Part shown: positions 49,860 to 58,821 of the stretch, piece after piece | Layout: each line of letters begins with the position of its first letter | How positions within the stretch are numbered: position 1 is the stretch's first letter | Virus record (IMG/VR): IMGVR_UViG_3300010399_000031 | Span: 1 to 64,000 of that record | Reading direction: 5' to 3' (one strand) | DNA length: 64,000 bases | Made by a program: the position numbers and the translations under genes | The notes under the pieces: generated by a model | What the model was told of the DNA's origin: nothing | The model's database searches: none | The model's input: the letters and a program-made list of their open reading frames with translations, nothing else

Positions 49860-49916
49860 AGAGGGGGTTCACACCCCCTCTTTATGCCAGCGACATAAAG
49901 GAGGGCTAAGCCCTCC
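49860..49916. terminator. back-to-back hairpins, each followed by TATGYC on its own strand
   Basis: GAGGGGGT/ACCCCCTC-TTTATGCC, then GACATAAA-GGAGGGC/GCCCTCC. Confidence 0.7.
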
Positions 49917-49979
49917 TGACCTTAATTCATTCTTTCTCCAAAAGTAGTTGATCTACAGCTCTGGGTGGTTAATTTACGC

Positions 49980-50486
49980 TCACTTACCGATTCGTCTCCA
50001 CCGAGACCATTGTTGCATTCGACTATCTAATCTTCGAATCAACTCTTCCATGTTCAATTGAAGAATTTGTGCAGCTTCGGTTAAAGTTTCATATCGACGA
50101 CCATTAATCGATACCGGTCGCTTCTGAGCAATTTTATCCAATGGGATTTTGATGTGATCCAAGTAGTTCACGCATTGAGGATTTTCTCTGTGTTCCTCGT
50201 ATAAATTCTTTTCTGCAACATAGGCGTCTGCTCGATCTTCTGTGATAAGGAATGTAAAATGAAATGAAGGATCGTCATCGTAAAGTTTTTGAAGCCACGC
50301 ATTGGGATGTCGGTGGCGTTTTAGACAACTTAGGTGCTGGTAACGCCGCCGAAGTATATCACCAGAACTCCCGATATAAAAATTACCACTTTTGACATGT
50401 GTCATCACGTACGCGGCGTTCAATTTTGGAACCCGACCTATCAGTTTCTTACTCGCCATTGTCCAAGCATCCATTGTTACCTCCAA
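49980..50486 (-). CDS. GIY-YIG homing endonuclease with C-terminal NUMOD1-like domain
   Basis: AAYVMTH..FYIGSS..RRRYQH..HPNAWLQ..E; C-terminal PVSINGRRYETLTEAAQIL; AT-rich. Confidence 0.85.
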   Translation of the reverse strand: MEVTMDAWTMASKKLIGRVPKLNAAYVMTHVKSGNFYIGSSGDILRRRYQHLSCLKRHRHPNAWLQKLYDDDPSFHFTFLITEDRADAYVAEKNLYEEHRENPQCVNYLDHIKIPLDKIAQKRPVSINGRRYETLTEAAQILQLNMEELIRRLDSRMQQWSRWRRIGK

Positions 50487-50489
50487 ATA

Positions 50490-50950
50490 TATCTACACAA
50501 TCTTTGGAGTGTATTATTTTTCAAAATACTGTAACAATTGTAACAGCGCGCCCATCAGTATTCTTTTAAACCCAGTTCTCCCTCCGGGGGAAGCTACTCG
50601 CTTCCCCCGGACTATGTGTACTGTGTTTGGTGGTTTTCTCCTCTAGGAAATTCCTTTCCAAGGAGTTGATCTGAAAGAAATCTTCTTCAAAAAGAAAAAT
50701 CTCTTTAAAATCAATTACTTACAGAGGAGCTTAACGCTCCTCTGATTTAAGTTTCACTAATTTTTTTTATGACGTTCAGTCAATTTTAGGACCACCCCCC
50801 GAGCGAGCGATAGCAAAGCGAGCAGACGACTTTAATGAGAGAGCTATGCCCTCAATAAGAGGGCCTAGCGAGCGAATGACTCCTTCTTCTGAGCCGAGCT
50901 TTTAAGCTCGGCGATCTATTCTTTATAAAGAGAACGAGCCATGTGAGACT
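50490..50950. other. non-coding AT-rich region with perfect hairpins, IHF-consensus match and short repeats (origin/packaging candidate)
   Basis: See finding at the same coordinates. Confidence 0.4.
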
Positions 50951-51036
50951 CACCCTTGTGGGGTGAGGATCAAATAAGGGACAGAACAAACCATTGCGCG
51001 AACTATGGCTTTCTGGTCTTTTTCAAGGAAATTACA

Positions 51037-51294
51037 ATGAGTACTGTTGCAGAGCATCTTGCTATGGTGGAGTTTTATCAAGTAACAGAGAACAAAGAAA
51101 ACTTCGATATAGAAGCGAACCTATTGGTGAGGGTCCACTTAAAAGAGTTGATTGAAAGTATCAACTCTGAAGAGATGAAGTATGCTCGCAAGCATGTCAG
51201 ACAAGCTCTACTCGATATCAGTCCTTCACTTATCCCACTCATTGAACAGTGGGAGAAAACACTAGTGAGTAACTCACCCAGTCAGGTAAGTTGA
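51037..51294 (+). CDS. hypothetical protein
   Basis: ATG 51037 with AAGGA RBS. Confidence 0.65.
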   Translation: MSTVAEHLAMVEFYQVTENKENFDIEANLLVRVHLKELIESINSEEMKYARKHVRQALLDISPSLIPLIEQWEKTLVSNSPSQVS

Positions 51295-51477
51295 AAATGT
51301 TCTTTTCCCCAAGGAATCTCCTTGGGGATTTATGCCCTCAGTCATGTGGCTTAACGCACATAAGGGGTGACAATGAAAACCTAGAGTTATTACTTATCCT
51401 CTAGAGCAATAACAATAAACTATTTTAACCACAATCTTTCCCTTTCAAGAAACGGGTAAAAAAGAAAGGATAAAGCC

Positions 51478-51969
51478 GTGACAGACGAACGTATAAAGGA
51501 CCGGGCAGATTGGATCCATAACGGTTTGCTCTGGTGGCTAAGATTGATTCATGGAGAACAAACGCAGTGGTATCGAAATGCGGCAGCCAGCGCATCTCAG
51601 ATCCAGCGCTTGGAGCACCATTGGGTCAATTTAGGTCACCAGATTTGGGAGAGAGCAGAACTTTCGCTCTATCAAAACGCCCCGAATGTTAGTAACTGGA
51701 CCAATGTTCGGGAATTTCAACGGGACATCATGACATGGGTGAAGGTCTGGCATGACTGCGTCTATCGAGTGCCGGGAAACCCGGTAGTTCGTATGAGTTC
51801 TTTATTGGATGCGCTCATCACTACGTTACACAGTTTTGGTGGTGTGACTGAAGTTGCAGTGGTGGATCCCAATGATGAACTCATCCACATTTGGATTAGG
51901 TTGAAAAACTATCCAGGCTCGTACGCGTGCATGATTAGTCTACCTAAACTTATGGACAACGCTTTTTAA
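51478..51969 (+). CDS. hypothetical protein
   Basis: GTG start with AAGGA RBS. Confidence 0.65.
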   Translation: MTDERIKDRADWIHNGLLWWLRLIHGEQTQWYRNAAASASQIQRLEHHWVNLGHQIWERAELSLYQNAPNVSNWTNVREFQRDIMTWVKVWHDCVYRVPGNPVVRMSSLLDALITTLHSFGGVTEVAVVDPNDELIHIWIRLKNYPGSYACMISLPKLMDNAF

Positions 51970-51987
51970 GAACAGGACTTAGGTAAA

Positions 51988-52647
51988 ATGTCAGCTATTT
52001 GGCATGAACAAGAATTCACGTATCGCACCTCGCAATACACACCACAGGCGCCCGTGGCGGGGTTTATTAACTTCCTCTCTAAGCAGTACTATCAAGAAAG
52101 GGATGAAGAGACAATCGAGATGGTTCGACAAGCGATCGGAGAATTCACCAACGACCCGCAAGTGAGACTCGCATCTTCAGTGTTTTCAAACAAACAACAC
52201 GGCAAGCACGAGAGCCTCATGAACGAGCAGTACGTAGCTTACACCAACGCAGGGGTAAAGATGTTTTCCCTTTCGATCGTCTCGGGCGATGATTTGGAGT
52301 TTCCCAGTGCAGTAGAGATGCCGACGACGGGACTACACATCGTCAAGCGCGCCAATGAACGCGGCTACGCGTGTTCGATGTGTTGGGATGGACAGAGCAG
52401 CAAGCAACTCGCCTTGCAGTTCGTCTCGATCTACCACCAGTTGCGTAATCTGGTGTGTTTTCTTTCGGATCGCTGTAAGTTCTACATCCATTACGACCCG
52501 AAAAGCGAGAAGTACTTCGTCTTTGGTCGTCCCTTAGATCAGGCGACTAAGAAGGACGAAGCAGGACAACCCAAGGAAGAGGATCGGTTTCAGGTGCTGA
52601 TCTCGATTATCATTCCTGCGGTACTCACCGATGTCAACGTTTCCTGA
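51988..52647 (+). CDS. hypothetical protein
   Basis: AGGT RBS; part of a three-gene run. Confidence 0.7.
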   Translation: MSAIWHEQEFTYRTSQYTPQAPVAGFINFLSKQYYQERDEETIEMVRQAIGEFTNDPQVRLASSVFSNKQHGKHESLMNEQYVAYTNAGVKMFSLSIVSGDDLEFPSAVEMPTTGLHIVKRANERGYACSMCWDGQSSKQLALQFVSIYHQLRNLVCFLSDRCKFYIHYDPKSEKYFVFGRPLDQATKKDEAGQPKEEDRFQVLISIIIPAVLTDVNVS

Positions 52648-53224
52648 CGAGGAACAAATCGTCGAGAGGTTATTGATCCGACCCTTTAGCTTTACGCCGC
52701 AAGAGTTTGGACAATGTCATCGCTTCATGTGGCATCGTTACGATGAAGACACGTATTTTCGTTTTCTAGCGATGCGCTCGCAGTTAGAGCAATTGTGGGA
52801 TGAGCTTGAATTTAAAGCGATCGATACCACATGTCAACAGCATCTCATGAACGACGGGAATCGAGAGATTTACACGATGATTCGTTTGCATGAATTGTAC
52901 GTGACAACCTCGATGCAAAATAACTTCTCGATGGTGGTGTGGACGAACCAAAGGGCGATGGCGCGTTACTCAGAGGAGATTGACCGATTCAATCGGTTAA
53001 TCTCCTGGTATCGCACTCGCGCGCGTGAGCGGGGGGCTTACGTGGTAGACCGAGGGTTGAGAGCCGTGATGAAGTTGATCATGAATCTACCTGACAGCCC
53101 ATCGGTGTGGATCGTTCCAGATTCTTCACAAAACATCTTGGCTTTACAAGTGGTTTGGAAAAAGAGAGTCGATCGAAGTGCTTTGACTTTTACGATTTGC
53201 GATCCGACCCATAAGACGTTTTGA
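52631..53224 (+). CDS. hypothetical protein
   Basis: Overlaps the previous stop; followed by hairpin+TATGCC (53234-53271). Confidence 0.7.
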   Translation: MSTFPDEEQIVERLLIRPFSFTPQEFGQCHRFMWHRYDEDTYFRFLAMRSQLEQLWDELEFKAIDTTCQQHLMNDGNREIYTMIRLHELYVTTSMQNNFSMVVWTNQRAMARYSEEIDRFNRLISWYRTRARERGAYVVDRGLRAVMKLIMNLPDSPSVWIVPDSSQNILALQVVWKKRVDRSALTFTICDPTHKTF

Positions 53225-53304
53225 ACAACTAAGGGCCGATGGGGAGAAACATTTCCCATCGGCTTTATGCCGTAAGAAAAAGCGAATCTAGATAATTTCA
53301 GACA

Positions 53305-53325
53305 TATATAACTCTCGCGAATAGG
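53305..53325 (+). promoter_or_regulatory. putative early promoter TATATAAC-N6-GAATAG
   Basis: Variant of the 8753/33223 motif at the head of an accessory operon. Confidence 0.5.
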
Positions 53326-53356
53326 TAACGTAATCAATTCAATTCGGGGAACTATC

Positions 53357-53821
53357 ATGAGTTTCACACCGTTCATGAATCAAAGTGACGCTATCCGTTT
53401 CGCTGCGTTGATGGAAAGCTTTAATGCATTTGCTAAAAACGATCCCCAAGAAAACTGGGCGCGTCTGTATGACCAGCGCTGCGAGCAACTGGGTAATAAA
53501 AAGGCAATCCGCTTGGTGAACTTGGCCTCTTTTTACATCACCTGTATCAGCACCGAGTTGGATATCATTCGCCGTGAATACCGGCAAGGTAAGATCACGG
53601 AGGAGCAGTTCCAACTTATCAGTAAGTTCGCGGCGCGTCGCTTTCAGGGTAATTTCTCAGTGGACCAAGTCGAGGAGATGGAGTGGCGTTTTCACTGTTT
53701 GAAAGAGCGCGCCATTCCGACGACCAAACCGTTCGAGGATGTGATCGCACATCGCTGCATATTGCGTAATCTGCAAGAATTGAATCGCAAGATTCAACAG
53801 TCAAAAGGTAAAGGAGAGTAA
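53357..53821 (+). CDS. hypothetical protein
   Basis: GGGGA RBS, 154 aa. Confidence 0.7.
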   Translation: MSFTPFMNQSDAIRFAALMESFNAFAKNDPQENWARLYDQRCEQLGNKKAIRLVNLASFYITCISTELDIIRREYRQGKITEEQFQLISKFAARRFQGNFSVDQVEEMEWRFHCLKERAIPTTKPFEDVIAHRCILRNLQELNRKIQQSKGKGE

Positions 53822-53822
53822 A

Positions 53823-54011
53823 ATGCATCAAAACGATTGCCCGGTCGGTAAGGTGGTTATTCCGATGCGCAGAAGCCTCGCGATAATTCGACCGATTAAG
53901 CGCGATGCGCCGTTGATTGACTTTTCTGCAATCATCAGTCAATATCGGCCCGAGCCGTTGTGGTCCAAGTGTCTGCGTCGCATCGCGCGGTTGGTGACGT
54001 ATTTCTGGTAA
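53823..54011 (+). CDS. small hypothetical protein
   Basis: AGGAG RBS, starts 1 nt after the previous stop. Confidence 0.55.
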   Translation: MHQNDCPVGKVVIPMRRSLAIIRPIKRDAPLIDFSAIISQYRPEPLWSKCLRRIARLVTYFW

Positions 54012-54070
54012 ATAGTTTTAAGATGTAACAAACAATCTATTTCAAGAACTAATAAGCAGGAGTAAAGAAA

Positions 54071-54856
54071 ATGACGACGATTTGTTTTGACGGGAAAGAA
54101 CTGGTGGCCGACTCGCGTATGTGTGTGGCGGATGTCGACGAGAACAAACGCATTCTTCCGATTCACTCGCTGGAACAAGTGAAGGTGCGCAATAATGACG
54201 CCGTGAAGATCATCGAGCCCAAGCACTTCACGCTCGACGGAGAACCGGTGTTGGCTGTGGCTGTGGCTGGGGATGGTCGTTTGATGGCGAGCCTGACGCA
54301 CATCGATGAGCACGACGAGATCAACGGGAAGGTGGTCGTTCGTGAGTTTTACAGTGACGCCTTTTTCGGTCAGTATAGCGACCTTTCGTGCGAGTCGGAA
54401 CTGATCGTGGTGGCCAAGAGTAAATGGGCGGCGATCAAGATGAACCCGCACCCGGCTGACTCGTTGGTCGATTACGATTATACCATCAACCTCTTTGAAC
54501 GGGATGATGCTCTTCAATGGACGATGAGTGGTTCCGGGTACGCGGCAACGATGGAGGCGATCAAGCATCCGAACTTCAGTACAACTGGTATTACGGCTGA
54601 ATCGCTCAAACGCAAAAACGCGCGTAAGTGCGTGACCTTGGGGATCATCTGTGACCCGTTCTCGGGTGGTCCTTTGCGGGTGTGGTCGGAAGACAGCGGT
54701 GTCAGCGTCGTGGAAATTGACGCCGGCGCCCAGGTGCTCAAAGAGTACATGGAAGCAAACCAGTACAAAGAGGGCACCCCTCCGATTGATGAGGTAAGCG
54801 CCCTAAAACGACGCGATGAGATTCTTGCTGAGCGTGCGGCCCGGCAAGCCGCTTAA
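54071..54856 (+). CDS. Ntn-hydrolase, HslV/proteasome-beta-like
   Basis: M-TTI..VADSR N-terminus, conserved K, SGSG motif, DPFSGG. Confidence 0.8.
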   Translation: MTTICFDGKELVADSRMCVADVDENKRILPIHSLEQVKVRNNDAVKIIEPKHFTLDGEPVLAVAVAGDGRLMASLTHIDEHDEINGKVVVREFYSDAFFGQYSDLSCESELIVVAKSKWAAIKMNPHPADSLVDYDYTINLFERDDALQWTMSGSGYAATMEAIKHPNFSTTGITAESLKRKNARKCVTLGIICDPFSGGPLRVWSEDSGVSVVEIDAGAQVLKEYMEANQYKEGTPPIDEVSALKRRDEILAERAARQAA

Positions 54857-54880
54857 AAACCTTTTCTGAGAGAAAACAAG

Positions 54881-55225
54881 ATGTCAAGATACCGCACTCG
54901 TTTGGTTTCTATCTTCAGTGACCCCGAGAAGGGTATTGCTAAGCTTAAAACGGCTAACACCATCGAGTGTCAGCTCGCTCGTAAGTTTCGGGAGATTTTG
55001 CAGGAACACCGAATCGGTTTGGAGCGCTTTGAGTTCCTTTTGAATAAGTATTGCCAAGAGGAAGTCATCAGCGAAACTAAACCGCTCACGCAGGATCAGA
55101 TCATCTTTCAGTTGCTCAAAAGCGAGATGAGTCTGGGGGTGTTTCGCATGGCGCTACGCATTCTCGGGATTCACCGCGTAGCTATTCCGACTTCGACCGG
55201 ATCGATTTATCTGTCCTGTCATTAA
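54881..55225 (+). CDS. hypothetical protein, paralog of 9427..9897
   Basis: LARKFREIL..IGLERFEFLL..MSLGVFRMALRILGI. Confidence 0.7.
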   Translation: MSRYRTRLVSIFSDPEKGIAKLKTANTIECQLARKFREILQEHRIGLERFEFLLNKYCQEEVISETKPLTQDQIIFQLLKSEMSLGVFRMALRILGIHRVAIPTSTGSIYLSCH

Positions 55226-55307
55226 GTTTCACGTTTGACCCAAGCAAGGGGGTAATTACCCCCACTTCAATTCTTGTTGTTTTTCTAAGAAATAAAGGAG
55301 CATTACC

Positions 55308-56180
55308 ATGAGCCTGATCTCGAACCTCGACGCAATGATCGCCCTTCGTCGCGAAGTGTACGAAGCCCAGAAGCAGAATGACCAAAGCAAGTACTGGAAT
55401 TTGATTTACAACAGCGATGTGTTGGTGGAGTCAACCGTTGAATACGACGCCAACTGGGCCAACGGTACTGGCTACCTTAACGGCGCCGTCAACGCGAAGC
55501 TGCCCGGCGAAATCGGTGCCGTCATCCGCTGCCGCGTCACCGAACCAAATAACCGCCGGATTCTGATGGTGAAAACCACATTCGGCAACGTGGTGGTGTT
55601 CGAGCGCTATACGCCGGGTGAAGACGCCACGGTGAAAGGACCCATCACGATGAACATTCCTGCTGTAGTGGGAACCTCGGAGATGATCGGCTCAGAAGGT
55701 GCTCTTTCGTTCGAGCAACTGAACAGCATCTTCGGTTTCGACGGCTATACGGGTAACGTCGGGGTTCGTCTTCAGCGCTTTGCTGAAAGTGTGGCCGATG
55801 GTGGTTGTCACCAGACCTTGCGTCGGAAACTGCGCCGCTGTGAAGCGATGTTGATTTTGTCCGTCAACGCCTCGCGTATCTTCGAGATTCTTCGTGAGTC
55901 GGCGACGCCGGAATATGCACGCGCTGAGTTAATGTTGACTGCCTGGTATGCGGACAGTGTTGCGCTGATGTACAAAGGAAAGGGTGTCAAATACGAGAAG
56001 TTCGGCATCCAACCCGATGGTTATTACAAGCTTACGGCGACTCAAGCCGACACCATCATCAACACCTCTTTCACCCAACTCACCGCCATGAATTCCGATA
56101 AGGAGTTGAACAACTACTACGGATTGTTCGAGCGAGTGCAAGACGTCAGCTTTCAAGAACACGAAGTTGACGAAGTGTAA
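55308..56180 (+). CDS. hypothetical protein
   Basis: AAGGAG RBS, 290 aa. Confidence 0.75.
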   Translation: MSLISNLDAMIALRREVYEAQKQNDQSKYWNLIYNSDVLVESTVEYDANWANGTGYLNGAVNAKLPGEIGAVIRCRVTEPNNRRILMVKTTFGNVVVFERYTPGEDATVKGPITMNIPAVVGTSEMIGSEGALSFEQLNSIFGFDGYTGNVGVRLQRFAESVADGGCHQTLRRKLRRCEAMLILSVNASRIFEILRESATPEYARAELMLTAWYADSVALMYKGKGVKYEKFGIQPDGYYKLTATQADTIINTSFTQLTAMNSDKELNNYYGLFERVQDVSFQEHEVDEV

Positions 56181-56207
56181 TTTAACCCAGTAAGAAAGGA
56201 GCAGCAA

Positions 56208-56630
56208 ATGGATCAAGCACTCATCATCCTCTTGCGAGGTGTGGACGTCGCAGCAAACGATCAGTTCGCCGCGTTCAACCGCGACGGCACCATCGACATC
56301 GAAGCGTTGATGCAGCTTTTCGTGGCCGACACGTTCGAAGACTTCGACTTCATGTCGCAGGCGTTTGGCGACGCGATCGAAATCCTCGTGGCGATCTACA
56401 ACGGGGTGAAGCAGTTCGGCGAATTCGACTACGGTGGTCTGCCGCACTATCTCGTGGATGACTTCACCCGCTACGGTTTCACCTTCGAAGATCGTGTCAT
56501 CAACCTCGAAGACCACGTACGTGTCGTCCAGATGCAAAGCGTGACGCTGGTTGTCGAGCGCTTTAACGAGGACGAAGACGCCATCGGTGTGGGCGATGGT
56601 AGCAGCGAGGAAGAAGACGAAGACGATTAA
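56208..56630 (+). CDS. highly acidic protein
   Basis: AAGGAG RBS; about 33 D/E vs 7 K/R in 140 aa by manual count. Confidence 0.75.
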   Translation: MDQALIILLRGVDVAANDQFAAFNRDGTIDIEALMQLFVADTFEDFDFMSQAFGDAIEILVAIYNGVKQFGEFDYGGLPHYLVDDFTRYGFTFEDRVINLEDHVRVVQMQSVTLVVERFNEDEDAIGVGDGSSEEEDEDD

Positions 56631-56698
56631 GTCTTCGATTGATGGTTCAGAAAAGAGAGGGTTTAGCCTCTCTTTTCTTTTTTGTTTGCGAGGTTAAA

Positions 56699-57289
56699 AT
56701 GAAACTAAAAGAGCTGGCGCTACGACGCTGGACGGTGGAATTTGCCGATAAGGAAAAAACCAATCCGGTACTCTTAATCGGCAACAAGGATTTACCACGC
56801 GGCAGCATCCAGATGTACCAGATCAAAAGGATCGATTCAACACCACCGTGGTGGTTTGAAATCGAGGTGCTTGACCATACGCCCGAGGGTAGGTTAAGTG
56901 GGGGAGTGTCCCGTTTTACGACCCGCAATGTCGAAGAGTGGCCCAATCTCGACGTGGAAGTTTTCAAACACTTCGAGGTTGATCCGAAGTTGTATCCGGA
57001 GGATATCGAATACAAAAGCTGGCTCGTTCAACCACTTGTCTGCGAATCGACATTTAATCGGGAACAGACAAACTTCGGCCAGCAATGTGAGACACTTCAT
57101 CCTCCGGAGCCATTACTCTATTCAAACCAGGCAAAAGAAAAGATGTTTGTCATGATTCATCCTGGTACGCCTTGGGATGTGACCGAGTGGATCAACAAGC
57201 ATGGTTTGGCTGAGCGTGTAGTCTCGATTGTCGCAACGTCGCTAGGGAACTTTAACATCTTCTATCGCAACGACGTCGAAGTGAAGTAA
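56699..57289 (+). CDS. hypothetical protein
   Basis: ATG 56699 with GAGGT RBS after a terminator-like hairpin and T-tract. Confidence 0.7.
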   Translation: MKLKELALRRWTVEFADKEKTNPVLLIGNKDLPRGSIQMYQIKRIDSTPPWWFEIEVLDHTPEGRLSGGVSRFTTRNVEEWPNLDVEVFKHFEVDPKLYPEDIEYKSWLVQPLVCESTFNREQTNFGQQCETLHPPEPLLYSNQAKEKMFVMIHPGTPWDVTEWINKHGLAERVVSIVATSLGNFNIFYRNDVEVK

Positions 57290-57317
57290 TCGCGAAGTAT
57301 TTCTAGGGAGTCAAGCA

Positions 57318-57761
57318 ATGTCAAAAAGTAACCCAGATAGCGGCCAGACGTTTTCTGAATTCTTCATGGAGTGCATGTGGGAGGAATTCAACGTGAAGGC
57401 CAAAGCTCCCGATCAGTTCAACGGACCCGGCACCGGATTGCAATTCCAATTCGATGGTCGCGCTTTGCGCATTCAAGCTACCGACTTCAAATTGCTCGAC
57501 ATGATGCTCGACGCTTTCCAGAAAGAACTCGATTCGGCTTTCAAGACGGACGAGGCTGCGGCTGCACTGCCGAAATTCATCAACGAACTCTGGAACATGT
57601 ACGATCCGAATCCGGATCCCGTAGAGAAGGGCGAGAAGCTCACGCGCTGGACGATCGAATACGATCATCGGTCGTTTATCGACGTGAAGTGTTTCCACAA
57701 CACTTTCCAAGGCTACGACACTATCGGCCTGCGAGTTGCAGTTTTATTCGGAGAAGAATAA
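57318..57761 (+). CDS. hypothetical protein
   Basis: GGGAG RBS. Confidence 0.7.
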   Translation: MSKSNPDSGQTFSEFFMECMWEEFNVKAKAPDQFNGPGTGLQFQFDGRALRIQATDFKLLDMMLDAFQKELDSAFKTDEAAAALPKFINELWNMYDPNPDPVEKGEKLTRWTIEYDHRSFIDVKCFHNTFQGYDTIGLRVAVLFGEE

Positions 57762-58033
57762 TGTCGCAAAACATCATCCCGGCTAATCCGGTCGAAGGCG
57801 GGCCGTATCCTTTTGCAAGAGGGATGTCGGTCAAGGAGTTGAAGGAACTCATCAAGGACTGGCCGGAAGTCAATCATGAGGGTGAACCGACGGAAGTCTG
57901 GATCGAAACAGGTTTCTGCTTGTCCTCGCCAGTCGTTGTCGCAATGGCGCTCAATTATCGTACGATGGAAGACGGCACGAAGACAGCTGACCTCGTCCTT
58001 GAAAGCAACGCATTCGAGAACAAGTTCGAGTGA
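57761..58033 (+). CDS. hypothetical protein (90 aa)
   Basis: TAATG coupling; real start at MSQNIIP. Confidence 0.7.
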   Translation: MSQNIIPANPVEGGPYPFARGMSVKELKELIKDWPEVNHEGEPTEVWIETGFCLSSPVVVAMALNYRTMEDGTKTADLVLESNAFENKFE

Positions 58034-58034
58034 C

Positions 58035-58073
58035 GGCATAGAGGAGGCTTTCGCCTCCTCCTTCTTTTTTTTT
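58035..58073. terminator. dual terminator: T-tract on + strand, TATGCC on - strand
   Basis: GGCATA-GAGGAGGC-TTTC-GCCTCCTC-CTTCTTTTTTTTT. Confidence 0.75.
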
Positions 58074-58186
58074 GTTTTAAAAGTGACCCGTTACGAGTCG
58101 ATGTATTACTTCGAAGACTGCGCCACCAATCACGACAATGGTAATGAAAGGTGGTATCCACCATCCGCTTGGAAACATAGGTCCTC

Positions 58187-58468
58187 CTAACACCACTCGA
58201 TTTTGTTTTCCTTGATCCAGTAGTGAGAGTGACAAGGAAAGTTCTGATTACCGATCGAAGGCCAAAGCGTCACGCGATCTTGCGCATCACGCGTGTACTT
58301 CCAACCACGCTCGTTGTCTCGAAAAGGTGTTACCGTTTTGATCCCACATGTTCCGCAAGCGCACAGATGGATCGCGGTTTGAAACTTCTCCGAGACATAC
58401 AGCACTCCTTGCTCCAACTCACCGGTGATGGTCTCCACAAAGACCGGTCGAAGTTCCATGGTTCTCAT
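58187..58468 (-). CDS. DUF6527-like Cys/His metal-binding protein
   Basis: LEQGVLYVS..AIHLCACGTCG..VTP..W..VTLWPSIGN..CHSHYWI pattern. Confidence 0.7.
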   Translation of the reverse strand: MRTMELRPVFVETITGELEQGVLYVSEKFQTAIHLCACGTCGIKTVTPFRDNERGWKYTRDAQDRVTLWPSIGNQNFPCHSHYWIKENKIEWC

Positions 58469-58495
58469 GATCGCTCTTTATTTCAGTGGTGCGAG

Positions 58496-58684
58496 CTACC
58501 AGATTCCGTGGGTAAATCCCAACGCGGGACCAAACACCGAAAGCAGGATCAGCAAGCAGATGATGACGAAGATGATTCGTACTGCCAACGCGAAGGGTGC
58601 AGGAATGGGTAAGGTGCTGATCAACCAATACACTAAACCTAGAATGATCAACACAATCAGCAGATGAACCAATAATGCTGTCAT
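58496..58684 (-). CDS. two-TM membrane protein, Thivi_2564-like
   Basis: AGGAGG RBS; two hydrophobic helices separated by LPIPAP. Confidence 0.7.
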   Translation of the reverse strand: MTALLVHLLIVLIILGLVYWLISTLPIPAPFALAVRIIFVIICLLILLSVFGPALGFTHGIW

Positions 58685-58821
58685 AGCAACCTCCTAAAAA
58701 AGATGCTGAGCAAACACCCAGTGTCGAAAACGAACCGAATCAATTCACTCAGCATTATTACCCCTTGCCGTTGGTCGCAATTACCATGACCATTGACACG
58801 GGAATTTCTTTTCCTGTTTTT

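Noticed and set aside
50801-50880. AGCGAGCGA repeats as a CRISPR or iteron array
   Set aside because: Too short, irregularly spaced and only three copies; no CRISPR array seen anywhere in the window.
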